A DNA stretch of 62,054 nucleotides, counting the filler, from Choristocarpus tenellus KU-1152 (Eukaryota > Protista > Phaeophyceae): assembly GCA_964200185.2 (NCBI GenBank). It is 13 parts of 13 records of this genome, joined end to end, with 100 filler letters (N's around TTAATTAATTAA, not from the genome) between each part and the next. Parts side by side here need not be neighbours in the genome. Positions count along the whole stretch, not along the records: positions 35,505 to 40,022 come from CAXNAD020014191.1; positions 40,123 to 44,240 come from CAXNAD020016126.1; positions 44,341 to 51,960 come from CAXNAD020005864.1; 10 more parts are not named here. One strand, given 5' to 3'. The notes below the pieces were generated by a model. That model did no database searches. It was not told the DNA's origin and was given only the letters and a program-made list of their open reading frames with translations. Positions 37,250 through 49,217 of the stretch are shown one piece after another. Positions within the stretch are counted from its first letter, which is position 1; every line of letters starts with the position of its first letter. The position numbers and the translations under genes are program-made.

Positions 37250-39862
37250 TGCTCCAGGTCCACTCCAGGAAACATAGTAGTAGAACCGGCAAATAGTCCT
37301 CAAGGAACCACTCTCAGACCCCATTGCATCACTCATAGTATTGGGTTCAGGTGGAGGGTCACTATTGGGAGCCACATGTCCCAGTAACGTTGTTCTCACA
37401 CTCCCTTGCTGTAACATTGGATCCACACGATCCTTGGCATACCTGCATACCATTGGCTTGTGGCGGTGACCTAGCTGCACATTCATCTGGTTGATATCCA
37501 CTCGAGTCGCAGGTCGCATCTCTCCACCCAGGTCCCATGGGGCTGTCAGCCCCACTCTGGGCGAGCTCATCAGGTCCACCATTGCCTGATGTTGATGTGA
37601 GTTAGTTATCTCCAGTTTCCATCCTTGAGGCGAGGTCCTCCCCCTCAACAGTCCCCCCTTGGATGATGTTATATGCATTATTTCCGCCAGTTCCTCAACA
37701 ATCACCTCTGATGTTGCAGTCGTACTCATTGACCCCCCTGGATCAACAACGGATGGTGCCATCTTTGATGTGATCATTACTACAGCGAAGGTCCTTGAGG
37801 TAGAACCCTACACATGTAGCCTGTGTAGAATCCATTCACCAATCGTATAACGAGATCATCTAGGCCATGATTTCCCTCAGTTGTCAACGATTCAGACTTG
37901 AAAATACTCTTTCGCCCTGACGTCTCACACATGGTTTGAACAGAACATAGGTTGTAGGCTAGTGTGGGCACCACAGTAACTTTCTTCATGGTCACACTGT
38001 ACTCCACTTCCTCGTCCGCTGAAGTCAGCACCATCTCTATCCAACCCCATCCAGCAACATCGTGTTCCTGTCCATCTCCAATAATCACCTTGTCTCCACT
38101 GTTATTGTTCTTCCAATCTCATATACCAGTGAAAGAATTTGTCATGGGACCACTTGCACCAGTGTCGAAAATCCATTCTTCAACATCTGGTGGTTTCCCT
38201 CCCTCGCAGGTTAACTTGTTGGTCACGACTAGCGTTCCTCCCCTACGTTGGTGTCTCCTACCAACACTCGTACCACTCGAAGCACACTCCTGAGTGCTCT
38301 CGCTTCCATCGGTACCATCATTGTCCCCACCATTGCCAGCACCTCCACCAGCAGTACGACTGTGATCTCCCGAGCCCCAATGTCGTTCATGGCATGTTGC
38401 TGCCAAATATCCTATCTTCCAACAGATGTCACACTCTTTGTGCTTGTTGGGACACTGTAACAAGACCATCCCTTCTTGCCACAGGCGTACTATTTTATCT
38501 GCTCCGACCATGATGCCACATTCTGCCACCTTGCCGCCAAAGCTGCTATCATCCTCTCCTGATGGACAGCTATCTCTGTTTTCAACGGGCGAAATCTGTT
38601 TGAAAGTCTCTGCTCCAATTCCGTCCTAGCTCGAGTTGTTGCTCTCATTACTAATGTTCATCATTCAAGCTCATATTCTTCTGGCAGCCCACCCAGAATA
38701 GTCACGTTGAGTTTCTCATCGCTGATCATTTGTCCCAATGAAGTCAGTCTCTTACCCGGTTGACGGCCTTTCATTATATATAGTTGGGGTTCCTCCCCAA
38801 GTCCAAGCTTGATGGACTGGACCTCGTCTCAAACCCAAAGTCTCTCATCCAAAGTGCGAGGTTCATAATACTCGCACAACACGTCCATGGCAGGTATGGG
38901 TCCCTTGTGCTCCATCATGATCTCCAGCGCCACTCCCTTACAACCACTGAGAAGTCCTATCCTTCCCCGGTTGTAAATATCCCACTCATCCGCGCTCCCT
39001 CGATCTGCTCCTTCCTACAGATGGTCCAGCTCTCTGCTGAATGTGCGCTATGTCCCGGGTGCTGTGGGCATTGATGTTGTGTGTTACACATATCTCGATT
39101 CTCTGTAGAGCAGGTTTCGCCTGATTCACATACTCACTCTTGTCGTCCGTTGGTGCATTCGCTGCTTGTTTGCGTTCTCCTTGGTCGAAATCATCGCTTT
39201 CAGGTACAGAAGTAAACAGCAGTTCGATCAGTCACCATTCATTTGCAGGTGGCTAAGAAAGGACAAGGTGTACTTTGTCTGTGACCCACAGCTACCTGTG
39301 TCAAGAAGTCTTAGACGAAAGAGGAATTGACACTTGGTGCTCAGGAGAAGGTTCTGATTTCACTTCACTGTATTGGATAGTATCTTTCAAAGAAGAAGAT
39401 TGGAAGGAACTCAACAAGACAGAAACTATTTGCTTGTCCCAAAGAGGGTCAGATTCGGAACTGGAGTCCCTGTGGTGGAAATAACTAGCAAATTTGGAAC
39501 TGGAGCCCCTTGTTATTATATGGCAACCAATAGTATGTCTGCTTTCACACCCTAACAAGTGTGAGAAGTCTTACTATGACATTTCCTATTTTTATGTTAT
39601 TTCTAGACTTTTTTTCCTGTATTTGATAAGGCATTATTCTTGTGTCTTGCATTTGTTTGTGTTGATGGTTGTGAAGGGGAGAGTCTCGTTATGACATACC
39701 TATTTTATATGATTGTTAGAAATTTTTGTCTCTATTTGAGACGTTATTCTTGTCTTGTATTGTTTGTGCTGATAATTGAGAAGGGGAGAGTCTTGCTATG
39801 ACACTCTCTCTATGTGGATGATATTGTAAGACATTAGTCTTTATTTGCATGTATGTGTTACA
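37250..39862 (-). mobile_element. Degenerate Ty1/copia element, 5' part: candidate LTR 39862-39297, PBS, gag, protease, start of integrase
   Basis: Degenerate zinc knuckle CDICWKIGYLAATC, protease WIFDTGASGPMT...VVPTLAYNLCSV and pre-integrase motif QLGH. The LTR candidate has TGT...ACA ends, immediately followed by GGTAGCTGTGGG. Confidence 0.8.
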
Positions 39863-40262
39863 GGCGCCCCTCAGAACTCACCTCCACAGGATATGTAACT
39901 CAAATCCAGCGACCTTAAAGTGACACTACGAGGGGGGTCCACAGAAGGTAACCACGTACGGTGTCAGCTTGATGTTTAGCTCAGTCAATGTCTCGCTTTT
40001 CGCTTTATCAAAAGAGGTACATNNNNNNNNNNNNNNNNNNNNNNNNNNNNNNNNNNNNNNNNNNNNTTAATTAATTAANNNNNNNNNNNNNNNNNNNNNN
40101 NNNNNNNNNNNNNNNNNNNNNNGGGAATGACGAGGGGGGCGATATCCATAAGGGGGTTCGATTTCGTCCATGCCGAGTGTTCAATAAAATATCTTTTGAG
40201 ACCTCTTCAAACCTTGACATGGTGTGCATAGACATTCGTGGTCATACCCAAAATTTAGTTAG

Positions 40263-40506
40263 AATGGTATGTAATGCATTCTTAGCAATGGTATGTAACA
40301 CATTCTTAGCAATGGTATGTAACACATTCTCAGCAATGGTATGTAACACATTCTTAGCAATGGTATGTAACACATTCTCAGCAATGGTATGTAACACATT
40401 CTTAGCAATGGTATATAACACGTTCTTAGCAATGGTATGTAACACATTCTTAGCAATGGTATGTAACACATTCTTAGCAATGGTATGTAATGCATTCTTA
40501 GCAATG
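40263..40506. repeat. 24-bp minisatellite, 10 copies (aatggtatgtaacacattcttagc)
   Basis: Direct tandem units with no spacers. Confidence 0.97.
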
Positions 40507-40774
40507 ATAATAACACCTGTACAACTCGATGGCACTCTCCCTTCCTGGATGATGACGCCACTCTTTGATTGGCTGTCTCTGTAATTTGTTTTAGAAGGTC
40601 TAGTACCATTGCAGAGTATGTATGAGGCAATGATAGATCGTGCAGATATGACTGTGTACCTACCGTATTGGAAGGGTCAAGAGTGGATTGGGGTTGATTT
40701 TACCGGTTTGGTCTTCATGTTGGTCAATTTTGTTCCAACTTCCAATTTAATTGTTAGCCCCTTCTGATTTCGTA

Positions 40775-40877
40775 GGATTGTATCTATACAGTGTGTATGA
40801 TTGTCTGGATTGTATCTATCGAGTGTGTATGATTGTCTGGATTGTATCTATAGAGTGTGTATGATGGTCTGGATTGT
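40775..40877. repeat. 32-bp tandem repeat, about 3 copies
   Basis: ggattgta recurs at 40775, 40807, 40839 and 40871. Confidence 0.9.
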
Positions 40878-40939
40878 AAACCTGCTAGTGAGTAGCCCAA
40901 GTGTAGACAGTGTGTAGTTATAGTGGTGATTTTGTAATG

Positions 40940-41142
40940 TTACGTGCTTGTAGCTGTATTAATTGAAAGAGCATTGGTGTTTTGATGACTATTATCTGTA
41001 CCTGTGTTATGTGCTTGTACCAGTATAAATTGAAAGAGTATTGGTGTTTTGATGACTACTACCTGTACCTGTGTTATGTGCTTGTACCAGTATTAATTAA
41101 GGAGTACTGGTGTTTTTATGACTACTACCTGTACCTGTGTAA
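40940..41142. repeat. 67-bp tandem repeat, 3 copies
   Basis: gtgcttgta recurs at 40944, 41011 and 41078, with matching intervening sequence. Confidence 0.9.
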
Positions 41143-41764
41143 TGTACATGCTAGTCCTTGTGTACGTATTTGTTGTCAACTGATTTGAAGTTCACAAATG
41201 AGTTGAATCGTGATTGGTCCAACCCTGAGTGTCGCGTGAGCCGGACCAATCAGTGTGGACAAATAACGTCCAAACATGAAGACGGAAAAGTCCAAGAAGG
41301 TTCCAGTAACCTCAAGAGACGATCTCTAAGGGATCAGTCAGGTCAATTCCCTCAAGAGCATGTTGGTTCAGTGGAGGGCGAAGTCAAGGAATCTAAGATT
41401 CATTCATTTTTTGTCGACCTCCTTTGGCATCCGCCACCTCTCACCATGTTCTTGACCCTGGGAGGGGGGGGGCTGGTGTATGTTCCCACTGAGGTGAATT
41501 GACTGGCCGAGTACTTACTGGATGGACCCCTAACCTCGATAATTGCTTTTTCCAAGCTCAACTTACTGTGGGTGTTAGAGTCAAGAGTGTTGTGAAGGTG
41601 GTGTGTTACTACTAGCAGTATTTAGATGGAGAATGTAAATTGGGGATGGTTTCGATTGCATTCCAAATGTAAATGGATATGTCATCTGAGAAGTGGTCGT
41701 GAAATTAGACACTGACAAAAAAATTATTCCAGAGAGAGAGAGAGAGAGAGAGAGAGATGTATGT

Positions 41765-42057
41765 GAGAACCCAAAGATTTAAGAGGGTAGGAGCTTTGAC
41801 CTGTTTTTTCTATTCAGGGCTTGGCTTCCACGGGTTTTTTATGCCCATTTTTTGTTTTTTTTCTGTGTGAATGCAGTTACCTACTCCGAAACGTTTCGGA
41901 GTAGGTGAAACGTACACGACTGTGAAAGGTGTGTCTGGAGCAAGGATACTGAGACTTGCTAACAAACACGATAGCCAAAATGAATCAAAATTGCAATATC
42001 GGATTCATGACCCCTGAACGTACGTACGTGGCTCTACCCTCTTAAATGCTTTTGGAC
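41765..42057 (-). mobile_element. MITE family B, diverged copy
   Basis: aagagggtaggagc...cctactccgaaacgtttcggagtagg...ctaccctcttaaatgctttt. Confidence 0.7.
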
Positions 42058-42780
42058 GGGGTGATATGATACGCCAGACGCAATCAGTGCCCGGTGTGTG
42101 AGATGCAGGTGGGATGAGAACATCAACATACTGGTTGGGGCAAAAGGTTAATATTGAGAGGGGAGGGTGACATGATGGGGAGATACACATGCAGAAGGGA
42201 AAATACAAGCATCAACCATATTATTTTCCTGATCATTATCACTGTCACTGTCAATATCTTTGTCCTTGCCATTATCAATATCAATATCATTATTATTATC
42301 ATCATTATCACTGTCAATATCCTTGTCCTTGCCATTGTCAATATCAATACCATTATCATTATCAAAGCTATATCTAAACTAGTGACATTTTTTCAGGATA
42401 CTTTTTCATTAAATAATCTCGGCATCACTCACTTAACTTCCTCTAGGAGATGGAAACTGATAACCACTGCCCTCCCTATCACTCACCCCTACCCTGGTCC
42501 AAGCCCTAGCCCCAAATCTCATCCTCAGAGACCAACAAGATAGAGCTGAAGGATAGTGGGGGGGAGGGGTGAAACAGGGGTGGAAGAGGGAGTCATTGTT
42601 CAGTGCCTCTCATTTTCAAGTTTTTAATCTATGCCATGTGACTACAATCCCAGTGAAAAAAAAATGGAATACATCTCATTGTAGGTAGAGGAAGAGGGTG
42701 ACATTCTCCACATTGACATGCACCACTGTGCTGTGGAATGATAAGGATGATAATAATATATAATATGTACTTGAAATAAA

Positions 42781-42890
42781 ATAAATAATAATAATAATAA
42801 TACTAAATAATAATAATAAGGGCTTATACTGACAATATGTATAGTTTTCATTGGTTTCCACACTGACACATCTGCAAAATGTGAGATGGC

Positions 42891-42936
<46 letters not shown>

Positions 42937-43050
42937 TAATAATAATAAGGGCTTATACTGACAATGTGTATAGTTTTCATTAGTTTCACCCTTGACACAT
43001 CTGTAAAATATCAGAGGGTACAATAATAATAATAATAACAACAACAACAA
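42781..43050. repeat. (AAT)n microsatellites with a 129-bp-period duplication
   Basis: gggcttatactgacaa occurs at 42820 and 42949, each preceded by (AAT)n. Confidence 0.85.
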
Positions 43051-43339
43051 CAACACTCCAGTCCTTGCTTCTCCTACGGTTCCCAAATAGAGTCAGTGCA
43101 ACCGTGCCCATCACGCACGATCTCGCTCTTACTGTTCAGGCGAAAAAAAGGTAGCTTGCATTGTTGTGATTTGTAAAAAGATATCTGCATACCTACTTGG
43201 GTGTTCGAAGTAGAAGCATTTTGGGAGGAAGGCTGCCGACTAGTCTGGGAGGTTTCCCGCCATCCAACTTCGAAATCAGTTCTAGGGGGTGAAGATGTAG
43301 GTGTCGTTTTGTATCTCTCACAAACGGTACAACCAATTC

Positions 43340-43590
43340 CGCATGAAACTGCCAAAAGTGTCTTTCTCGGCCATACCGTTTGTAACTGCCGCGAACGGTA
43401 GGACTGATTCCGTATGTAACTGCCAACAGTTTCTTTCTCGGCCATACCGTATGTAACTGCTGCGAATGGTATGACCGTTTCCATATGTAACTGCCAACAG
43501 TTTCTTTCTTGATCTTGCCGTTTGTAACTGCTGCGAACGGTATGACCGATTCCGTATGTAACTGCCAACGGTTTCTTTCTCGGCCATACC
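43340..43590. repeat. 71-bp higher-order tandem repeat (alternating 34/37-bp subunits)
   Basis: TG(T/A)AACTGC occurs at 43344, 43381, 43415, 43452, 43486, 43523 and 43557. Confidence 0.9.
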
Positions 43591-43788
43591 TTCCTGTCAT
43601 TTGATTGAACAAAAGCACACAACCTTTCATTAACTGCTTGCTCGGGTCTCTCCCTTCTGTCCGAGGTATATGTTATATTTTTTCGCATCCTGAGCACAAA
43701 GAGGCAACTGCAGTGATAGTATCATCAAAATCGAACATATTGTTTATTTTCGTCCGCAGCATAAGTAATAATGGGTGTTAGTATATTG

Positions 43789-44201
43789 GACCCAAAGTAT
43801 CTGGGGTAGGGGGGAGGGTCTACACCAGGGTGTCCATTTGGACCACAACCAGGAAAAGTGCACTTTCATTATCCATCCGATTTATGGAATCAAATCACCC
43901 AAAAATCGTGACATGATAAAATTAGTTTCAAATGGACAACCACCACCTACCCCCAGATACTTTGAGCCTTGGGATGTCACCATTCTGCTGTGGTAGCACA
44001 GGGTATCAGACTCAGGAAGAGACTCGCTTGAGCCTTGGTGGCAGGCTCAAAGTATCTGGGGGGGGGGAGGGGTGGCGACTGTCCATTTGGGGCCCATTTT
44101 TCCATGTCACGATTTTTTGGTGATTTGATTCCATAAATCGGATGGATAATGAAAGTGCACTTTTCCTGGTTATGGTCCAAATGGACACCCTGGTGCAGAC
44201 C

Positions 44202-44240
<39 letters not shown>
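43789..44240. mobile_element. Two near-identical MITE family A copies in inverted orientation (43789-43968 and 44044->44240)
   Basis: The second copy is the reverse complement of the first, 75 bp away. Confidence 0.9.
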
Positions 44241-45018
44241 NNNNNNNNNNNNNNNNNNNNNNNNNNNNNNNNNNNNNNNNNNNNTTAATTAATTAANNNN
44301 NNNNNNNNNNNNNNNNNNNNNNNNNNNNNNNNNNNNNNNNACGGTCTGCTATACAGGCGAGGGAAAGGGGGGGGGTTGTGAGAGAAGGACGGAAGACTAC
44401 ATTCAAGGGACGAGGAGAGGAGAGGGGGGGGGAGAATGGAGACGAAAGAGAAGGCAACACCGGCGATGACAAGGAGGAGGACGAGGAGGAAGATGAAGAG
44501 GAGGAGGAGGACGAGGAGCAGCAGAAGGAAGACAAGGACGATGAGGACGATTATGATAAGGAGAACATCGGTACGGGGGAGTGTAGGGGGGCCTCTGCCA
44601 GTGCAGGCGCATGTACTGGGGTGTCCTTGCATGCGTCCGTCCAATGACGTATCCTTGAAGTGGATAGAGGACGGAGCAGTACGGCGGCATGGAAGAGACC
44701 TTTGGTTCCTACGCAAACGCTGGAGACAAACACGCGGGTTAGGTTTACCGCCAGTCACTTTCGGCCCAATTCTGGCACTAGGGAAATGCAAATGTAGAGA
44801 CATCGGATTAGCAAGCATGTGGCAGATATTCGTGTTAGTAAAGTATACCTCGTAGGCCTCTTGAAGATTGGGCGGTGTGTATTGATAGCCGAGTACGCAT
44901 TTTGTTATGGCGGATGTTAATAACTGCCGCGGGTGATGGCGGAGACAACATGTGTTTAGTTTTATACATGACGATGTTTTCAGAGCGTTCCAAGCACCAT
45001 GTTGTTGTTGCGGTAAAT

Positions 45019-45538
45019 GAGCCAGAGTATCTTAGAGGGTAGAGCCGCGTCCATTTTGGGGCCAAGGTTCAATGTTGCAATTTTGATGTAAGAGCCAAAG
45101 TACCTTAGAGGGTAGAGCCGCGTCCATTTGGGGGTCAAAGTCGAATGTTGCGATTATGATATAATCTTGGCTATCACTTTTGTTAGGAAGTGTCAATATC
45201 CATGTTCCTGACACACTTTTTCCTAACATACACACTTTACCTACTCCTAAACATTTTGGAGTAGGAAAATGTTACTAAAGAACTCATGAGAAGCCAAGCC
45301 CCAAATGGACAAACAGGGCAAAGCTCGTACCCTCTAAGATAATTTCACTCTAATTTTGGCTATTGTGTGTGTTAGGAAGTGTCAATATCGATGTTCTGGA
45401 CACACCTTTTGATAACATGTACATTTTACCTGCTCGGAAACATTTTGGAGAAGGAAAATGTTATAAGAAGCCCATGGGAAGCCAAGCCCCAAATGGACAA
45501 ACACGGCAAAACTCGTACCCCCTAAGATACTCACACTC
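45019..45538 (+). mobile_element. MITE family B (45092-45350) nested inside another family B copy
   Basis: Outer copy: aaat|GAGCC...CACTC|acat. The inner copy interrupts the consensus gatgtaa-ttttgg, with TAA duplicated. Confidence 0.88.
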
Positions 45539-47882
45539 ACATAATACAAGTGGGATTTGTTACGTGGCAGTCTAAATCCTTTGTTTCCATTCATGATTTT
45601 AAGCCTCCTTCAATACGGGTTGGTTGTCATTCTTAACATATATTATGTACAACGAATTATAGATGCAAAGGTATGCTTTCAATTGAGAACATATCTGATG
45701 CTAGTAGCATTTAGAACCTCTTACTGTTGTCTGTTGTGTCGTGTTCATTATATAGAACTTTTTTAGTTACCAATAACAACGTCAAAGTGTAGGTTGACGC
45801 CGGCTCTGGTATGTACACTGGCCCCTACGTACATACGTACCGCCTCTAACATGAAAGATGACTTGGTGATCGGCTCAACGTAGTAACTCCTTTGTGACTA
45901 ACCTTGCTTTCTAAGCGTGCCATAATTACACGAAATAACAGCCATTCAAACCAAAAATATACTCGAAGTACAAGCTTTCTATGTATGTATAGAGTGAAAC
46001 ATCTGTTCGTTCTTCTTTGTCGACTTGGTTCGTTAGTTTTTTTGGTGGATGTAACCTATCAATCCCTTACTTGTACAAACCACATACCACTTGAACAGGT
46101 ATTTATAACTAATAGAACAAGACGTATGTATGTATTGTATAATACAATCTGTAGTGTACAAGAATACCAAAACCGTTACTGGCTCCCCCTCGGGGGGCCC
46201 CGTCTGTCCTTATACCTTTAGCTTGGTCGAGGTCGCTTCCAAACCGTAGCGGTGCCCTCCACAAGCACCGAAGTAGTTTTGAACAAAAATATATGCCGTT
46301 CAAAAAGGGGCCCTTAAAAAGTACCGCAACTTGTACAACAAAAAAACATANNNNNNNNNNCAATTTTGGGTCAAAACTCATCCTCCATAGTATGCTCCAT
46401 CCTCAATTTGCTGAGAGGCTGTTCTCTGAAGTTTTCCCACTAAGCCTCAAACAGGCAACATACACTCACTTAACTCTCAATTTGTTTTCCCGTCATCCAC
46501 AAGTCCACAATCCCCCCCCTCCCCGCCAAGATTCAACCTTACTAAAAGGTCAATCCCCCACCCACCAGAGGATCAGTGAGATAATGCCGAATATTGGAAA
46601 AAATACTGAGGGGAAGAAGATTCTCTTGTTTTTCGATGCATCTGGTTGCAGTGTCTCTACCCTATGGTAATAATGATAGTGTATGACAGTTTAACTTAAA
46701 CAAATGTAAGAAGTGTTTCTAAACTACTAACCACTCAGTACTATATAGTACTCAAGAGTATAATATATCATACAGGCAGTATATTGTATATACTCAAGCT
46801 GCATAATTTGTTGGTACATGTGGTCGTAGCATGTTAAAGGATCCAAGGACACAGGCCCAAACTCTCGTGCACAGCCCAAAAGGATGGACCTGACACATCG
46901 CTTGTACCCCTCAACATCAAAACACGATAACGTTTACAATGTAAAAATAACTCTTACATATTATAGTACATGCTGTACAACATAGTCGCAAACACCACAC
47001 TTGTCCAAATGATGAATAATCGAAATCTCATCCAATAAATGAAAAAAAGTGGTTGCGAACTGGAAAATATTTGAATGGTCGGGTTTGTCCACACCAATGG
47101 AAAAGAATGGACAAAAAATTGCACTGCACATATAGATCAATAGTGTATGTTTTCCGATATGACGTAACACATATTTACAACTTGGAGGTTATTATGCACA
47201 CACTAAGCGTATATTGGCAGAAAAGGCAATTATACCCAGTATAAACATTTAATAACTCGCTTCCCAACCAAGCTCTGTTTCTCTTCCAGGAACCCCGAGT
47301 CTCCAAAACAAAAAGCCTGTTGTGACGCAATCCTGATGATAAACCATTATGTGGTACATGGAGTGGGAGTCATGAGACTGCAATACCTTGAAACAAAAAA
47401 TCATGATATATTTCGATGTATACACTACCACTAGTACTTGGCCAGGGAGGGAGGGAAGGATTTATTCACCACATGCTTACGCACACCTTTTTGTAACCTA
47501 GAAGTTGCCTTCCTAATACTATTACCAATATCCACTTTGCCACAACTCTCCTGCCATGTCAACAACCAACCAACTAACCTCACTACTTCAAAGTGTACAA
47601 GAAGGAAATAGAAAAAAATCCAGGAACACATTAATGATGCTTTGTGTCTAAAGAAATGCCCAGTAGGAACAATTACTACCAAGTCACTCCTTCAAAGCAA
47701 AAAACATACACAACTCTCCAACATCTTCCTCCTTACTGTACAAACCACAACCCCATAAATACATGCACTATGACCCTGACTATTCCAATACCATACCTAC
47801 ACAAAATAGCATTTGAGGTAACAGGGAGAAACATTTTGTCAACATAAGAATCATACTACAAAAACAACAAACGGCAGCCTCT

Positions 47883-49217
47883 CTAATGATCATGATATTT
47901 CCTTTTTTTCCCACCACTGTTACCACCTAATCTTTCTTTCCTCCTTATGTCCAACCCCTTCACACCCCTTCCCCCCACCCCCAACCCCCCTCGACCTCTG
48001 CCCCCACCTCTCCCATCCCCCCTTCCTCGACCCCTTAAATCATCCCTCTTCTTCCCTTTCCTGCCTCCTCCACCAGAACTCCCAGGATCTACACCAGTCG
48101 AAAAACTTCCAAAACCCAGACCCTGAAAAAAATCACCTCTATCCATACCTACATCACCATCTCTCCCTCTACGGTCATGACCACTCTGCCCTTGATCACC
48201 ATAACTAACATGTCCCTGGAGCCAGCTACCACAACCCTGTCCTCCATCCATATCGTGATCTTGTGAAGGCTTCTTCATCATTAGTTGCTGCCTTTTCATC
48301 TTCCTTATTTCCACTCTCCGTTTTTTCTTTGTTTCAGGGGAACTGGTATTCACATGATTCTTACCGCGTCCATTGTCACCTGCAACACCATCACCACCTT
48401 TACTTCCAATACCAACAGCCAAGGAGGAGGACGCCCACAGGGGGCGAGGCGACCACAGTGGACAATCTGCCAAAAAGAGTCGGCTCTCCCTTTCCTCCCG
48501 CAGATCCTGTCCCCATATAACCAACCCTAACCCTGACCCCAAAACTCCTCCAACCATCCCAAAACTTGAATCTTCATATTGTGTGGTTCCGCTCCCCCTT
48601 GCCCTACCCATGTGATCCCTTCCTCCTCCTCCACAATCTCCCTTAAAATTTCGATCTGACTTTGTTTGTGATGAGTCCTGTGGTGTCCATCTCATCCGGT
48701 CTGAGTTATTCCTATGCTGCTGCCCTTCCCACCCTGGTCTCTTACCTTTACTTGGGGACTTCCCTACCCACAGGTTCTGCTCCTGCTGCTCCTCCTTCTG
48801 ATCCCCCCTCTCATCACTGCACAAAAGATTAAGATCTTCATCAGCTATCACGGGAGCACCTTTGCGAGCGATAACACTGACACGAATGGAACTAACAGGG
48901 GTGCAGACGACATCATCAGGAGGAGGGCAGTAGGGGCAGAAGTGTACTCCGTTGTCCATAGAGGGAGAGGATGCACAGTTGATCGTGACGGACGACCCTA
49001 GGCTCTCGTTTGCTCTTGCCCACATCTCTACAGCAAATGTAGTAGGTGGTTTCTTTATTGTTTGCTGTCGTAGTTGCTGTTGTTCACACTGTTGCCGTGG
49101 TTGTCTTCGGGGGTGGGGGGAGGTGTGTGCCACTGCAAGGGCTTTGGAGAGACCTTTGAAAGCATGAAGGAAGGTCTCGGCGATGTCTCTTGCGCGGCTT
49201 GTGGCTGAGAGATCCAC
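47883..49217 (-). CDS. Long terminal exon (444 codons), mostly Gly/Arg/Asp-rich low complexity; possibly the C-terminus of a Trf4/TENT4-like poly(A) polymerase
   Basis: Open for 1.3 kb, with a tag|GTG acceptor and a C-terminal KKRK. The start VDLSATSRARDIAETFLHAFKGL resembles the end of the PAP-associated region. The coding status is better supported than the product call. Confidence 0.6.
   Translation of the reverse strand: MDLSATSRARDIAETFLHAFKGLSKALAVAHTSPHPRRQPRQQCEQQQLRQQTIKKPPTTFAVEMWARANESLGSSVTINCASSPSMDNGVHFCPYCPPPDDVVCTPVSSIRVSVIARKGAPVIADEDLNLLCSDERGDQKEEQQEQNLWVGKSPSKGKRPGWEGQQHRNNSDRMRWTPQDSSQTKSDRNFKGDCGGGGRDHMGRARGSGTTQYEDSSFGMVGGVLGSGLGLVIWGQDLREERESRLFLADCPLWSPRPLWASSSLAVGIGSKGGDGVAGDNGRGKNHVNTSSPETKKKRRVEIRKMKRQQLMMKKPSQDHDMDGGQGCGSWLQGHVSYGDQGQSGHDRRGRDGDVGMDRGDFFQGLGFGSFSTGVDPGSSGGGGRKGKKRDDLRGRGRGDGRGGGRGRGGLGVGGRGVKGLDIRRKERLGGNSGGKKRKYHDH

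Noticed and set aside
40123-40200. tRNA/SINE-like B box (GGTTCGATT)
   Set aside because: There is no A box or cloverleaf, and the sequence is truncated at a contig start.
40177-40630. Repeat-protein ORFs (MVCNTFLA)n and (IAKNVLHT)n, or a CRISPR array
   Set aside because: The frames are open only because the 24-bp unit lacks stops in them. There are no unique spacers and no cas genes.
43074-43697. 207-aa ORF or CRISPR-like array
   Set aside because: The linkers alternate A/B rather than being unique, and the 71-bp period is not a multiple of 3, so the ORF is a by-product of the repeat.
44341-44647. Acidic Asp/Glu-rich ORF
   Set aside because: It is a low-complexity GAG/GAC tract at a contig edge with no assignable domain or splice context.
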